Of a stretch of DNA of 64,000 nt, positions 19,180-28,811 are shown one piece after another (the first letter of the stretch is position 1; every line of letters begins with the position of its first letter). Position numbers and translations under genes: made by a program. The notes below the pieces were generated by a model. The model saw nothing but the letters and a program-made list of their open reading frames with translations, was not told where the DNA came from and did not search any database. This stretch comes from an uncultured Thermotogae bacterium. GTDB taxonomy: Bacteria > Bipolaricaulota > Bipolaricaulia > RBG-16-55-9 > DRXL01. The stretch lies in assembly GCA_964473325.1 (NCBI GenBank), contig CAYYOG010000002.1:55168-119167 (forward strand), written 5' to 3'.

Positions 19180-19968
19180 ATGATTCACGGCGACTTCGCC
19201 AAGCTTCTCGAAGCCTATGGGGTGCCAGGCTGCGCCTGGGCGGTTCGCCTTCGTCTGGTGGACGAAGATGAAGCCCACGCGCAGCGTGCCGACAAAGCCT
19301 GGGTTCATGGCACGACCGTCATTGCCGTGAAGTTCGACAAGGGTGTCTTAAACGTTGCTGACCGCCGCGCTACTGCAGGGAATGCGATCTTCTCTGAAGA
19401 AGCTGAAAAGATCTTAAAGCTCGACGACGAGACGCTCATCGCGATTGCTGGCTCCTATGCCGCTGCTTTTGAAGCCGTGCGGTTCTTGCAGCACTCGTTG
19501 AAGTATTACGCCCGCAGCCAGCTCCAAGAGATGAGCTTGGAGGGAAAACTCTCAGAAGTCTCGCGGGTGCTCACCCGGGCTCTCCCTGGGGCCCTCCAAG
19601 GTATCGGGGCGTTCTTGCCCATCGTCAGCGCGTTTGATAGAGCCAGAAACGAGGGCAGGATCTTCTTCTATGATGTCATGGGCGCGCGCTTCGAGAGCCG
19701 CGAGTTTGGTGCTGCCGGCAGCGGTGCCGAACGCATCCGTGGGTCATTCGAATACATCGTGCGCACCAAGGGCCCATTCCATAAGATGACGCTTGAAGCA
19801 GCCCTCTCCGAAACGCTCTTGCTGTTAGAGATTGCCGCGTCGCTGGACACTGCAACTGGCGGGATTCGCCAATACTTGCCCTTAGCAAAAACCGTGACGG
19901 CCGAGGGCGTCGCCGATGTCCCTGAAGAGCTGCTGCGCTCCGTCCAGAACACTTTATTGAGAGAGTGA
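19180..19968 (+). CDS. prcB: 20S proteasome beta subunit with propeptide
   Basis: Propeptide followed by HG-TTVIAVKFDKGVL; catalytic Thr; Ntn-hydrolase pattern. Confidence 0.85.
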   Translation: MIHGDFAKLLEAYGVPGCAWAVRLRLVDEDEAHAQRADKAWVHGTTVIAVKFDKGVLNVADRRATAGNAIFSEEAEKILKLDDETLIAIAGSYAAAFEAVRFLQHSLKYYARSQLQEMSLEGKLSEVSRVLTRALPGALQGIGAFLPIVSAFDRARNEGRIFFYDVMGARFESREFGAAGSGAERIRGSFEYIVRTKGPFHKMTLEAALSETLLLLEIAASLDTATGGIRQYLPLAKTVTAEGVADVPEELLRSVQNTLLRE

Positions 19969-20711
19969 CCATGGCTTTTACCCCCTACGATTGGCAGCAG
20001 ACGCTGCGCCAAAAAGCCGACTACGTCGAAGATCGTCTTCGCGAGGGTAGCCCGGTCGTGGGGCTCTCCTGTCAGGAGGGGGTTTTGTTAGTGACGGTGC
20101 GCCGCGCCCAGCAACAGAAGATCTTTGAGATCTACGATAGATTGGCGTTTGCCGGACTGGGAAATCAGTCTGATCTGGAGATGATCCGTCAGATTGCCGT
20201 CGACTTTGCACACGCTGAGGGGTTCGCGCGCAGCCCGCAGGATGTCTCGATTCAGCGGGTCGTGGGCGTGGCGCTCAGCCCCGCGATGAAGCGCAGCTTC
20301 AGCGATCCGTTACGGTTGCCTTTGGTCGTCCGTGGGCTCTTCGCTCAGCTCGGTGACACCCCTGAGAGCGATCTCTTCTATTGGCTCAACTACGACGGGG
20401 AGTTTTCGCTGAGCTATCGATTTGGGGTTGCTGCAGGCACCGAGAGTGCTCATGAGGCGATGGCGCGCGTGCTTTCGGGGGTATTCAAGCAGACTCCCAA
20501 GCGCGATGCAGCTCTCGAGAAAGCATTCGAAGCCTGGGCTATGGGACGCCATGAAGCTCTGGCTGCAGGCGAGTCTGACTGGCGCGCGGTGCTCTCCCAA
20601 GCGCTAGAGACGGGTGTGGTCGAAGCAGCTCTGCTGGAGCGCGACTCACGGCGTGAGCGACGCTTTCGGTTTTTGAGCGCAGGTGAGCTGGGGCCATTCT
20701 TGCCGAGGTAA
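19965..20711 (+). CDS. prcA: 20S proteasome alpha subunit
   Basis: Alpha-subunit similarity; GTG at 19965 overlaps the prcB stop, with an alternative ATG at 19971. Confidence 0.8.
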   Translation: MTMAFTPYDWQQTLRQKADYVEDRLREGSPVVGLSCQEGVLLVTVRRAQQQKIFEIYDRLAFAGLGNQSDLEMIRQIAVDFAHAEGFARSPQDVSIQRVVGVALSPAMKRSFSDPLRLPLVVRGLFAQLGDTPESDLFYWLNYDGEFSLSYRFGVAAGTESAHEAMARVLSGVFKQTPKRDAALEKAFEAWAMGRHEALAAGESDWRAVLSQALETGVVEAALLERDSRRERRFRFLSAGELGPFLPR

Positions 20712-20747
20712 CCAGAATTGGCTAATGTAAGAGCAGGAGCGTGAGCG

Positions 20748-22193
20748 ATGCAGCATCGTGTCGTTGGGGTAGAGACGGAGTTTGGTTGCCTGGTGCGTGA
20801 CCCCAGCCTGGGGCCTTACGAGGAAGTTGTCGAGCGTGTCAAAGATGCGGTCTTCCGTGACAAGCGCTGGGGCTTGCTCGATCTGCATACCCGTGATATG
20901 TACTTCGAACCCGCTGAAGCCGGCGGATTCTTAATTAACGGGGGCCGACTCTATATCGATGCTGTGGGCTCGCACTTAGAGTACGCGACCCCAGAGTGCC
21001 GCTCTTTAAGAGATGTAATCGCCTATGAGCGCGCTGGACAACGGCTTATTCTGAGAATACTACGCGAGCTCCGCCTCCACGACAAGGTCAGCTTCTATAA
21101 CAATAGTGTGGATCACTTCGCAGGCCACACGTTCGGGTGCCATGAGAATTATTCGGTAAACCCAGAATCGCTCTCGTGGCGACATGCTTTAGAGAAGCTC
21201 GTCCCATTCCTGGTGACGCGCCAGATCTTCGCCGGGGCAGGGCGAGTCGGAGGCCATCGCCTCACCACAACGTGGCAGACCAAATCCCGTCATGTTGCTG
21301 ATACAGTCTTTGTGGACTCAGCTTACGGGGTCGAACCCGATCTAACGGTGGATTTTCAGCTCTCCCAGCGCGCTGATCATATCTTGCATACGATCTCCGG
21401 GCGAGTGCGCTTCAGCCGGGCGCTGATCAACCCCAAGTGGGATCAGATGTACGAACTGTCGCGCAGCCCGCGCCTGCACTTATTATTTGGTGAAGCTAAC
21501 CCCTCGGAATATGCGACGTTCTTGAAGCTGGGCACGACCATATTGGTTTTAGACCTGCTCGAAGAGCAAGCTGTCCCATCGGGGGTAGAGTTAGCTGCGC
21601 CGTTGCGCGCCCTCAAAGAAATCTCACGTGATCCCACTCACAAATGGATCGTCAGACGTGAAAACGGCTCAACGATCTCTGCTATTGACCTGCAACGCTG
21701 CTATCTTCAAGCAGCACAGCGTCAGCTGGCTGGGCGCGACCCTGAGACCGACGAGGTCCTCCGGGAATGGGAAGAGACCCTCGATGCTCTCGAGCGTGAC
21801 CCTTTGGATCTAGCTGACCGGCTCGATTGGGTAGCGAAGTTCACCATGCTCCAGCTCTTCAAAGACGCTGAGGGGCTTACCTGGCAAGATGACACCCTGC
21901 ACAGTTTAGATTTGGAGTATCACAATATTGACCCGGAACAGGGGCTCTACTATGCACTGCCTAAGCGGCGGCTCACCAGTGACTCTCATATTGAGCGGGC
22001 GATGGAGGAACCCCCTGCCGACACCAGGGCCTATGGCCGTGCTCTGATCGTGCGTGGCCTGCGCGGGCGCGTCGTCGGCGAATATATGATCGAATGGGAC
22101 GGAGTCTTCGTTGAGCCTAAGCGCACCCTCGTCCTGGCTGATCCCTTCCATTCTTACAAAGACGAAGCCGAGCAATTCTTAAGACGACTCTAG
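20748..22193 (+). CDS. pafA: Pup/UBact ligase PafA-like
   Basis: VGVETEFG N-terminus; shorter than the upstream paralog (no Dop-loop insertion); RBS AGGAG. Confidence 0.75.
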   Translation: MQHRVVGVETEFGCLVRDPSLGPYEEVVERVKDAVFRDKRWGLLDLHTRDMYFEPAEAGGFLINGGRLYIDAVGSHLEYATPECRSLRDVIAYERAGQRLILRILRELRLHDKVSFYNNSVDHFAGHTFGCHENYSVNPESLSWRHALEKLVPFLVTRQIFAGAGRVGGHRLTTTWQTKSRHVADTVFVDSAYGVEPDLTVDFQLSQRADHILHTISGRVRFSRALINPKWDQMYELSRSPRLHLLFGEANPSEYATFLKLGTTILVLDLLEEQAVPSGVELAAPLRALKEISRDPTHKWIVRRENGSTISAIDLQRCYLQAAQRQLAGRDPETDEVLREWEETLDALERDPLDLADRLDWVAKFTMLQLFKDAEGLTWQDDTLHSLDLEYHNIDPEQGLYYALPKRRLTSDSHIERAMEEPPADTRAYGRALIVRGLRGRVVGEYMIEWDGVFVEPKRTLVLADPFHSYKDEAEQFLRRL

Positions 22194-22325
22194 CTTCTCT
22201 GCTGGTTGAGAACCGCGAACTCTCCCGGGGTGATCAACGTCACAGTCCCCTCTGCACCGTGGGATATTGCTCGCGGTTTCTCTTGGTTAACCTAAGGGCT
22301 AGAGCTAAGCCAAGGAGAGGAGATC

Positions 22326-23042
22326 ATGAGATTGTTGAAGATAATAATGATCGCTATCGCTCTTATGGTGCTGGCAGGGTGCACGCAGCCTATTCCTATT
22401 GGGGAGAAGCCTGATCAGCCTCCTATCGCCGCGATCGCTTATGAGTGTCCGCACTGTCAAGGGGAACGCACGGGTGTTGCTCCGTTGATGGTGATCTTCG
22501 ACGCCTCGCCGTCGACAGACGACCGTGGAATTGTGCTCATTCACTGGAAGCTGAGCGATGGCCGCGAGTTCACGGGCATCCGGATCGAGCCGACCTTTGA
22601 TAAGCCTGGGAGATATACAGTCCAGCTGACCGTCTACGACAAAGCAGGCCAGAGTGCCGCAGCACATATGGAGATCACGGTATTAGCGCCGCCGCCTCCG
22701 AAGTTTCGTGTGGAGCGCACTGAGAGCGAGCTGGTCATCGTCGAGCGTATTCTTCCCAATCGAACCCTCCAAGTCGGCGAGACAGTGCAGATCACTCTTC
22801 GCGTGACAGCCAAGCACGACATCGAATACATCTATTGGCGGGAGGTCCTGCCCTATGCTCTGAGCTCTCCTGCAGATCTGGAGTTTATGATTTTGCAGTT
22901 GCAGAAGGGTGGCTCGCACGAGTGGGTTTACACTGTGACGGTGGAGCAATCGGGGTTGAGCACACTTGAGGGGGAGGGCCGAGCCGCGTATTTGGCAAAC
23001 TCTACTGAGCTGACGCTGAGCACCGTTCTAGAAGTACCATAG
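22326..23042 (+). CDS. Lipoprotein with a PKD-like domain
   Basis: Lipobox LAGC; PKD-like FDASPSTDD...YTVQLTVYDKAGQS. Confidence 0.55.
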   Translation: MRLLKIIMIAIALMVLAGCTQPIPIGEKPDQPPIAAIAYECPHCQGERTGVAPLMVIFDASPSTDDRGIVLIHWKLSDGREFTGIRIEPTFDKPGRYTVQLTVYDKAGQSAAAHMEITVLAPPPPKFRVERTESELVIVERILPNRTLQVGETVQITLRVTAKHDIEYIYWREVLPYALSSPADLEFMILQLQKGGSHEWVYTVTVEQSGLSTLEGEGRAAYLANSTELTLSTVLEVP

Positions 23043-23047
23043 GGGGG

Positions 23048-23260
23048 TTATCGTCTATTCGACCAACGGGCGACGACTTGCCCGCAGTGCGGGCAGTACG
23101 TCACTTCCCCGCGATAGAAGCTTTTGCAGTGCGGACATTGATGATACTCATCGCTTCTGAACCGCGAGAGCATAAAATAGCGTGCCCCTAAGAACAACAA
23201 CCCACCAAAGACCAGCAAGACCACTAAGAAACGCCAACTCATATATAGCAGTGACATCAT
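23048..23260 (-). CDS. Small membrane protein with a C-terminal zinc-ribbon (CPHC...CPHC)
   Basis: One TM helix plus two CxxC pairs; 70 aa. Confidence 0.35.
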   Translation of the reverse strand: MMSLLYMSWRFLVVLLVFGGLLFLGARYFMLSRFRSDEYHQCPHCKSFYRGEVTYCPHCGQVVARWSNRR

Positions 23261-23326
23261 AGCTTACACGAAGTCCTGGCGCAAGCTGAGCTTACTCGTC
23301 ACAGCTTTGCCTGGCAGTTATATTTT

Positions 23327-24106
23327 GTGGTATACTGTATCGTGCCTTGGGAAATCTTTCTGATCTTAGCACTGTTGGCTTTCGTCGCTGAATATATAGA
23401 CTCTTCCCTAGGCATGGGCTATGGCACGACTCTGAGCCCGTTGCTGTTGCTCTTGGGGTTCACGCCCCTGCAGATCGTCCCTGTCGTGCTACTGTCGGAG
23501 TTCGTCACTGGTTTAGTTGCAGCGGGGTTCCATCATACGTATCAGAACGTGAGCTTTCGCAAAGGTTCTCTCGACTCCACAGTCGCTCTGACGCTCGCGC
23601 TCATTGGTATCGTCGGCGCGATCATCGCGGTCTCAATTGCCGTCCATCTACCCACTTTGGTGATCAAAGTCTATATTGGTGTGCTCGTGCTCACTCTGGG
23701 GGTCTTTGTGCTTGTTACCCCCTCAGGCAGCCGAAGATTCTCATGGGGGCGACTCGTGGGGATTGGACTCTTAAGCTCGTTCAACAAAGGGCTGAGCGGC
23801 GGCGGCTATGGCCCCATCATCACTACTGGGCAGATTCTTGCTGGACTCAACCCTAAAGTCGCTGTAGGAATCACCAGCCTTGCTGAAGGGGTCGTCTCGC
23901 TCGTCGGTGTTCTTATGTACTGGCTGACTGTAAGCGGGCTGGAGTGGCACCTTGCCCTGCCCATTCTCGTTGGGGCCGTCATCTCGGCACCTTTGGCAGC
24001 GTTTACAGTGCACAAACTCCCCATGCGCTCGCTGAGATTCTTGATCGCTATCTTGGCCATCATGTTGGGGATCGTGACCCTTGTGCGGGCTATGTCCGCT
24101 AACTAG
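23327..24106 (+). CDS. TauE/SafE (TSUP) family sulfite/anion exporter
   Basis: Polytopic membrane protein with the duplicated 4-TM TSUP pattern. Confidence 0.75.
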   Translation: MVYCIVPWEIFLILALLAFVAEYIDSSLGMGYGTTLSPLLLLLGFTPLQIVPVVLLSEFVTGLVAAGFHHTYQNVSFRKGSLDSTVALTLALIGIVGAIIAVSIAVHLPTLVIKVYIGVLVLTLGVFVLVTPSGSRRFSWGRLVGIGLLSSFNKGLSGGGYGPIITTGQILAGLNPKVAVGITSLAEGVVSLVGVLMYWLTVSGLEWHLALPILVGAVISAPLAAFTVHKLPMRSLRFLIAILAIMLGIVTLVRAMSAN

Positions 24107-24331
24107 GGTGATCAATTTCCCGCAAAATCTCTGGTGCATCTGCCCAACGAGCAAACCCCTGCCACGCGCTTCATCCGGCTATACGCCGTCGTGTCACTGT
24201 GACAGCGCTGCGCAAAAAATTCTTTTGGAATCAGGGTCTTTTCGCGGTTATCCCCCATGATGTGGACTTGACAACGCCCGACGATCTCTGCTATGCTGTG
24301 GGCACCTACCAGCACCAGGGGTTAGCGAACA

Positions 24332-25447
24332 ATGCGATCAGAACAAGCTTCGCTTGACGTTCACCTTCGCCAGCCTCTGGCTGGCGAAGATACCCAGTCC
24401 AGCCAAAATCTGGCTGTTGTTCCGACGCTGCGCCCCGAGTATACGTTCACGCGTTTTGTCCGTGGAGAGAGCAACAGATTGGCATACGCCGCTTCCCTTG
24501 CGGTCGCGGAGAACCCGGCACGTGCGTATAACCCGCTCTTTATCTATAGCGCGTCGGGCTTGGGCAAGACTCATCTGCTCCATGCTATTGGCCATGAAGC
24601 CGCGCGGCACTTCCCGTGGCTCAAAATTCTCTACGTCACTTGCGAGCGCTTCGCCACAGAATTCTATCGCGCGCTCCACGAGGGCAAGACCGCACAGTTC
24701 CGCAAGACCTATCGCACCGCAGATCTTCTCTTATTAGACGACGTGCACTTCCTGCGCGAGAAAGCCGCCACTCAAGAAGAACTCTTTCACACGTTCAACG
24801 ATCTCTATCAACGGGGCAAGCAGATTGTGCTGACGTCGGATCGTCCTCCAGAAGCTCTGCCCCATCTCCATGAGGGGCTGATCTCGCGGTTTCGTTGGGG
24901 TCTGGTCGCGGATATCCAGCCGCCTGATCTAGCAACACGACTGGCGATCTTGCGCGCCAAAGCCGAAGAACTCCAACTTGATCTCCCTCCAGCGACGTTG
25001 GAGTATATGGCGGAGCGGGTGCGCTCGAACGTGCGTGCCCTCGAAGGGGCTCTCGTGCGCGTCACAGCTACGCTCGCTCTCAACGGCCATGAGCTCTCTC
25101 CAGAAACGCTCAAAGATGTACTCCCCCCGCCAGAGCGCCCCAAGCCCCTCACACCTGAGCTCATCAAGCGCGAAGTCGCTCGATATTATCGGATTAGCGT
25201 TGCAGATCTTGAGAGTAACAGTCGAGAGCGGCGCGTCGTCTGCGCGCGCCAGATCGCGATCTATTTGGCGCGCGAGCTGACAGATCACTCCTTCCCTGCC
25301 CTGGGGACTCTCTTCGGCGGGCGCGATCACAGTACGATTATGCATGCCTATCGCAAAGCGAAAGCTCTCGCTGAGAGCCCGCTCTTCTCTGGGGAGATCG
25401 CTCAGTTGAAAGCACAGCTGCTCGCCTTGGCGGCTCAATCAGAGTAA
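24332..25447 (+). CDS. dnaA: Chromosomal replication initiator DnaA, short form with domains III and IV only
   Basis: AAA+ Walker A GLGKTHLL; domain IV RQIAIYLARELT...GGRDHSTIMHA; an upstream in-frame stop at 24323 rules out a longer N-terminus. Confidence 0.85.
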   Translation: MRSEQASLDVHLRQPLAGEDTQSSQNLAVVPTLRPEYTFTRFVRGESNRLAYAASLAVAENPARAYNPLFIYSASGLGKTHLLHAIGHEAARHFPWLKILYVTCERFATEFYRALHEGKTAQFRKTYRTADLLLLDDVHFLREKAATQEELFHTFNDLYQRGKQIVLTSDRPPEALPHLHEGLISRFRWGLVADIQPPDLATRLAILRAKAEELQLDLPPATLEYMAERVRSNVRALEGALVRVTATLALNGHELSPETLKDVLPPPERPKPLTPELIKREVARYYRISVADLESNSRERRVVCARQIAIYLARELTDHSFPALGTLFGGRDHSTIMHAYRKAKALAESPLFSGEIAQLKAQLLALAAQSE

Positions 25448-25459
25448 AATATCTCTGGG

Positions 25460-26530
25460 ATGAAGATCGAGCGTTTGGTGCTCTATAACTTTCGCAATCT
25501 CGCACCCACGGAGCTTGTCCCTGACGGCAAGCTCAATCTCATCATCGGGCCGAACGCCGCAGGCAAGAGCAATCTCTGCGAAGCGATCTATTATGTAGCG
25601 AAGGGCTGGCTCCTTAAGGGCGAGCGCCAGCGTGATGTGATCGCCTTTGGGCAGCATGAGACAGTGATGGAGCTCTCTGTGAACGGCGACGAGATCCGGG
25701 TCCATCTCGATGGGCGGGCGCGTGCGAAGACTATAGAACTCAATCACGAAAAGAAGCCCCAAGGCGAGCTGAGCGCACGCTTGCGCGTCTTGCTCTTCGC
25801 CCCCGATGAATTACAAATCATCAAGGGGCGTCCGGAGCAGCGCCGGCGCTTCCTCGATAGAAGTATTGCTGATCTCTTTCGCGAATATCGTCACGTACTC
25901 CATGAGTACGAGCAAGTACTCCGGCGCAAAAGTGCCCTGCTGCGCCAGGACAATCCCAATCTTGAAGTCCTCGAGGTCTTCAATCAAGAGCTGATAGACC
26001 GAGGGAGTTGGCTCATCAAAAGAAGGCTCAAATATATTAGAGAACTGAACAAGACGCTGGCAGCGCGCTACTGTGCCATCAGCGGCCAAGAGAGTCAGCT
26101 TTCTGTGATTTATGAAGGGCCTTCGGCCCCGCTTGCCCAACTCATCAGGGACGCAACTCCTGAAGAGATCCGACGTGGCATGGTGCTAGTCGGCCCGCAC
26201 CGCGACGATCTGCGCTTCGAGCTCGACGGCCATGACTTAAAGCGCTTTGGCTCCCAGGGCGAACAAAAGTCTGCTCTTTGCGCAGTCTTGCTTGCCCAGC
26301 TCGATCTGTACTATCAACGCTTTGGGGATGATCCCATACTGATCTTGGACGACGTGCTCTCAGAACTCGATCGTCCTCGGCTCCAGCGGCTCTTGCAGCT
26401 GTTGCCCAAAGATATTCAGATCTTTCTCACTCATACGGTTGTGGATATTGACGAGCTCTATCCTGAGGTGCGCGCGGCGGCTCAGCGCATCTTCTCCCTT
26501 GAGAACGGCAAACTTTCGGTGGTCGTATGA
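25460..26530 (+). CDS. recF: DNA replication and repair protein RecF
   Basis: GPNAAGKSNL Walker A; SMC-like signature. Confidence 0.85.
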   Translation: MKIERLVLYNFRNLAPTELVPDGKLNLIIGPNAAGKSNLCEAIYYVAKGWLLKGERQRDVIAFGQHETVMELSVNGDEIRVHLDGRARAKTIELNHEKKPQGELSARLRVLLFAPDELQIIKGRPEQRRRFLDRSIADLFREYRHVLHEYEQVLRRKSALLRQDNPNLEVLEVFNQELIDRGSWLIKRRLKYIRELNKTLAARYCAISGQESQLSVIYEGPSAPLAQLIRDATPEEIRRGMVLVGPHRDDLRFELDGHDLKRFGSQGEQKSALCAVLLAQLDLYYQRFGDDPILILDDVLSELDRPRLQRLLQLLPKDIQIFLTHTVVDIDELYPEVRAAAQRIFSLENGKLSVVV

Positions 26531-27063
26531 TCGAGCCTGCGCTGCTTGAGAAGGTGCTGCGCAAGTACGGCCTGCTCGAGCGCTATCGTGAGCAGGAGCC
26601 GGCTCTCCTATGGGATCGCGTCATGGGGGAGAAGATCACACGGTTAGCGCGCCCAATTTGGGTCCACGATAGCGTGCTTTTCGTCGCCGTGCCCAATCAC
26701 GTTGTCCAGCATGAGTTCAGCCTGATGCGGGAAGAATTCAGAAAGAAGATCAACGCTGCGCTGGGGTCAGAACGCGTGCAGGAGATTCGCTTTAGAGTCG
26801 AGAGCTTTCCAAAGCGGCGCTCGGCGCTCTCGCTCGACGCTATCGAGCTTAGCCCTGAAGAAGAACACGAGATCGAGCAGCTTGCTGCAGATGTCCCTGA
26901 TGTGGCATTGCGCGCAACGCTGATTCAGCTTGTGAAGAGCGCGAAGAAGATAGAGAAAGCGCGGCAGAAGTTGGGTTGGAAGCCCTGCCCGCGGTGTGGC
27001 TTGCTCTGTGAAGAGAATTTCTGTCCCGCATGTACGCAATCGTTTGGGGAGGGATCGCTGTGA
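26527..27063 (+). CDS. DUF721/DciA-like protein with a C-terminal zinc ribbon
   Basis: Canonical position after recF; DUF721-like N-terminus; CPRC...CPAC. Confidence 0.6.
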   Translation: MIEPALLEKVLRKYGLLERYREQEPALLWDRVMGEKITRLARPIWVHDSVLFVAVPNHVVQHEFSLMREEFRKKINAALGSERVQEIRFRVESFPKRRSALSLDAIELSPEEEHEIEQLAADVPDVALRATLIQLVKSAKKIEKARQKLGWKPCPRCGLLCEENFCPACTQSFGEGSL

Positions 27064-28208
27064 AGATCGGGATCTTTACAGATACATTCACGCCGCAGGT
27101 CAACGGTGTCACCAGTATTCTCGAAGAGTTGGATCGCGTGCTGACGCGTCAAGGCCATGAAGTCTATATCTTTGCTCCTGCGTACTTTCGTGCTCAACGA
27201 AACGAAAACGGCCGAGTCTTTCGGTTTCCGGCACTGACAGCATACTTTCACAAAGATAGTCGTATTGTCATCCCCTATGATCGTCGGGCGTTTGCTGTCT
27301 TTTCCAAGCTCGACGTCGTCTACAGCCACACCCCGGTCTCGATGGGGCTGTTAGCCCTCCGGGTCGCTCGAAGATATGGGCTTCCCCATGTGCACACCTA
27401 CCACACGCTTTTTATAGAGTATCTACACTATCTGCCCAGATTGATTCGTCCCACACGGCGCATGGCTGAGCGCATGAGCGCGGCGTTCTGCAATAGATGC
27501 GACGCGATCACGACTCCATCCCAAGCCATGAAAGAAGAGCTCCTGCGCTATGGCGTCCACAAGCCCATCTATGTGCTCCCCTTCGGCGTGGATATAGAGC
27601 CCTTTGAGCACCCTGTGAGGATTGACGTGCGAAGTGTTCTGAGGCTCGCCCCTGATGAGTTCTTCTTGCTCTACGCAGGGCGCCTGGGTACTGAAAAGAA
27701 TCTACACTTTCTGCTCCGGGCATTCCGTACACTCTTGGATCGTTGGCACGGGCCGCAATCTGTGCGATTGGTGCTTGCTGGCGGTGGCCCGCACCGCCTG
27801 ATCTTTGAAGAATATTCTAAAGAACTTGGGTTGACCGATCGCGTGATCTTCACGGGGTTCATCCCACGAGACGCGCTAGTAGATTATTATCGCGCTGCGG
27901 ATCTCTTCGTTTTCACGTCGAAAACCGAGACCCAAGGGTTGGTTTTGATGGAAGCAATGGCGGCAGGGCTGCCAGCGGTTGCCGTGCGTGCTATGGGTGT
28001 CACTGAGGTCGTCTGTGATGGCGAGACAGGGGTTCTCGTCCCCGAAGATGAAGGGATCTTCGCTCAAACGGTGATAGAGCTTTTGCGAGATTCAGAGCGC
28101 CGGGAGCATCTGCGAGCGGGCGCCAAACGGAAGGCTCGCGAGGTGAGCATCCAGCACTCAGTTGCCAGGCTTCTCGAGATCTTTGCAGCCCTCTTGGCAC
28201 GGGCATAG
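27060..28208 (+). CDS. GT4-family glycosyltransferase
   Basis: GT-B fold; EX7E-like C-terminal motif (ETQGLVLMEAMAAGLP); the GTG start overlaps the upstream stop (GTGA). Confidence 0.7.
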   Translation: MKIGIFTDTFTPQVNGVTSILEELDRVLTRQGHEVYIFAPAYFRAQRNENGRVFRFPALTAYFHKDSRIVIPYDRRAFAVFSKLDVVYSHTPVSMGLLALRVARRYGLPHVHTYHTLFIEYLHYLPRLIRPTRRMAERMSAAFCNRCDAITTPSQAMKEELLRYGVHKPIYVLPFGVDIEPFEHPVRIDVRSVLRLAPDEFFLLYAGRLGTEKNLHFLLRAFRTLLDRWHGPQSVRLVLAGGGPHRLIFEEYSKELGLTDRVIFTGFIPRDALVDYYRAADLFVFTSKTETQGLVLMEAMAAGLPAVAVRAMGVTEVVCDGETGVLVPEDEGIFAQTVIELLRDSERREHLRAGAKRKAREVSIQHSVARLLEIFAALLARA

Positions 28209-28223
28209 TGCCAGAGATGCGGC

Positions 28224-28808
28224 TTGCGGGCGCAGTCTTCCACGGTTAGAATAGTTGCTGTGAACGCGTGCATACACGGCACGACTATTCTCGCTATTCG
28301 CTCAGTACAGGAGCGTCGCGCTGTGATCGCTTCCGATGGCCAGGCGACGCTCAATAATGTCGTGCTCAAGAGCACAGCCAAGAAAGTTCGCAAGATCTAT
28401 AACGATCAAGTCTTGGTGGGCTTTGCCGGGGCGACTGCGGATGCGATCACGCTCTTTGAGCGCTTTGAGAGCAAGCTCAAAGAGTTCGGGGGGAATTTAA
28501 AACGCGCTGCCGTCGAGTTGACGAAAGACTGGCGCACCGATAGGGTCTTGCGGCGTTTAGAAGCAATGATGGCTGTTGTGAATGCTGAGGCGTTACTGCT
28601 CATCTCTGGGGGGGGTGACGTCATCGAACCGGATGATGAAATGGTCGGCCTGGGTTCTGGAGGAGCTTATGCGCTGGCTGCTGCCAAAGCCCTGCGCCAG
28701 AATACTCAGCTCCCCATCGAAGAGATTGCTCGTAAGGCCCTGGAGATCGCGGGATCGCTTGATATCTACACAAATCAACACATCTCTGTTGAAACGCTTC
28801 AGTGGTGA
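28224..28808 (+). CDS. hslV: ATP-dependent protease subunit HslV (CodW-like), possibly with a short N-terminal extension
   Basis: GTTILAIR...GDGQATL...GSGG; strong similarity to the CodW/HslV family. The longest ORF begins at TTG 28224. GTG 28260 would give a 7-residue extension before the catalytic Thr-Thr. Confidence 0.85.
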   Translation: MRAQSSTVRIVAVNACIHGTTILAIRSVQERRAVIASDGQATLNNVVLKSTAKKVRKIYNDQVLVGFAGATADAITLFERFESKLKEFGGNLKRAAVELTKDWRTDRVLRRLEAMMAVVNAEALLLISGGGDVIEPDDEMVGLGSGGAYALAAAKALRQNTQLPIEEIARKALEIAGSLDIYTNQHISVETLQW

Positions 28809-28811
28809 GCG

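Noticed and set aside
17188-22193. Proteasome locus as a tRNA-integrated genomic island
   Set aside because: The locus lies on the 5' side of the minus-strand tRNA-Asp, whereas integrases target the 3' end. No integrase gene or direct repeat of the tRNA 3' end is visible, and the GC content matches the flanks.
24107-24331. Possible oriC with DnaA boxes upstream of dnaA (TTATCCCCC / TGTGGAC)
   Set aside because: The motifs are 2-3 mismatches from the consensus, and the TGTGGACTTGACA element is better explained as the -35 box of a TTGACA-18-TATGCT dnaA promoter. There is no clear AT-rich unwinding element and no cluster of boxes.
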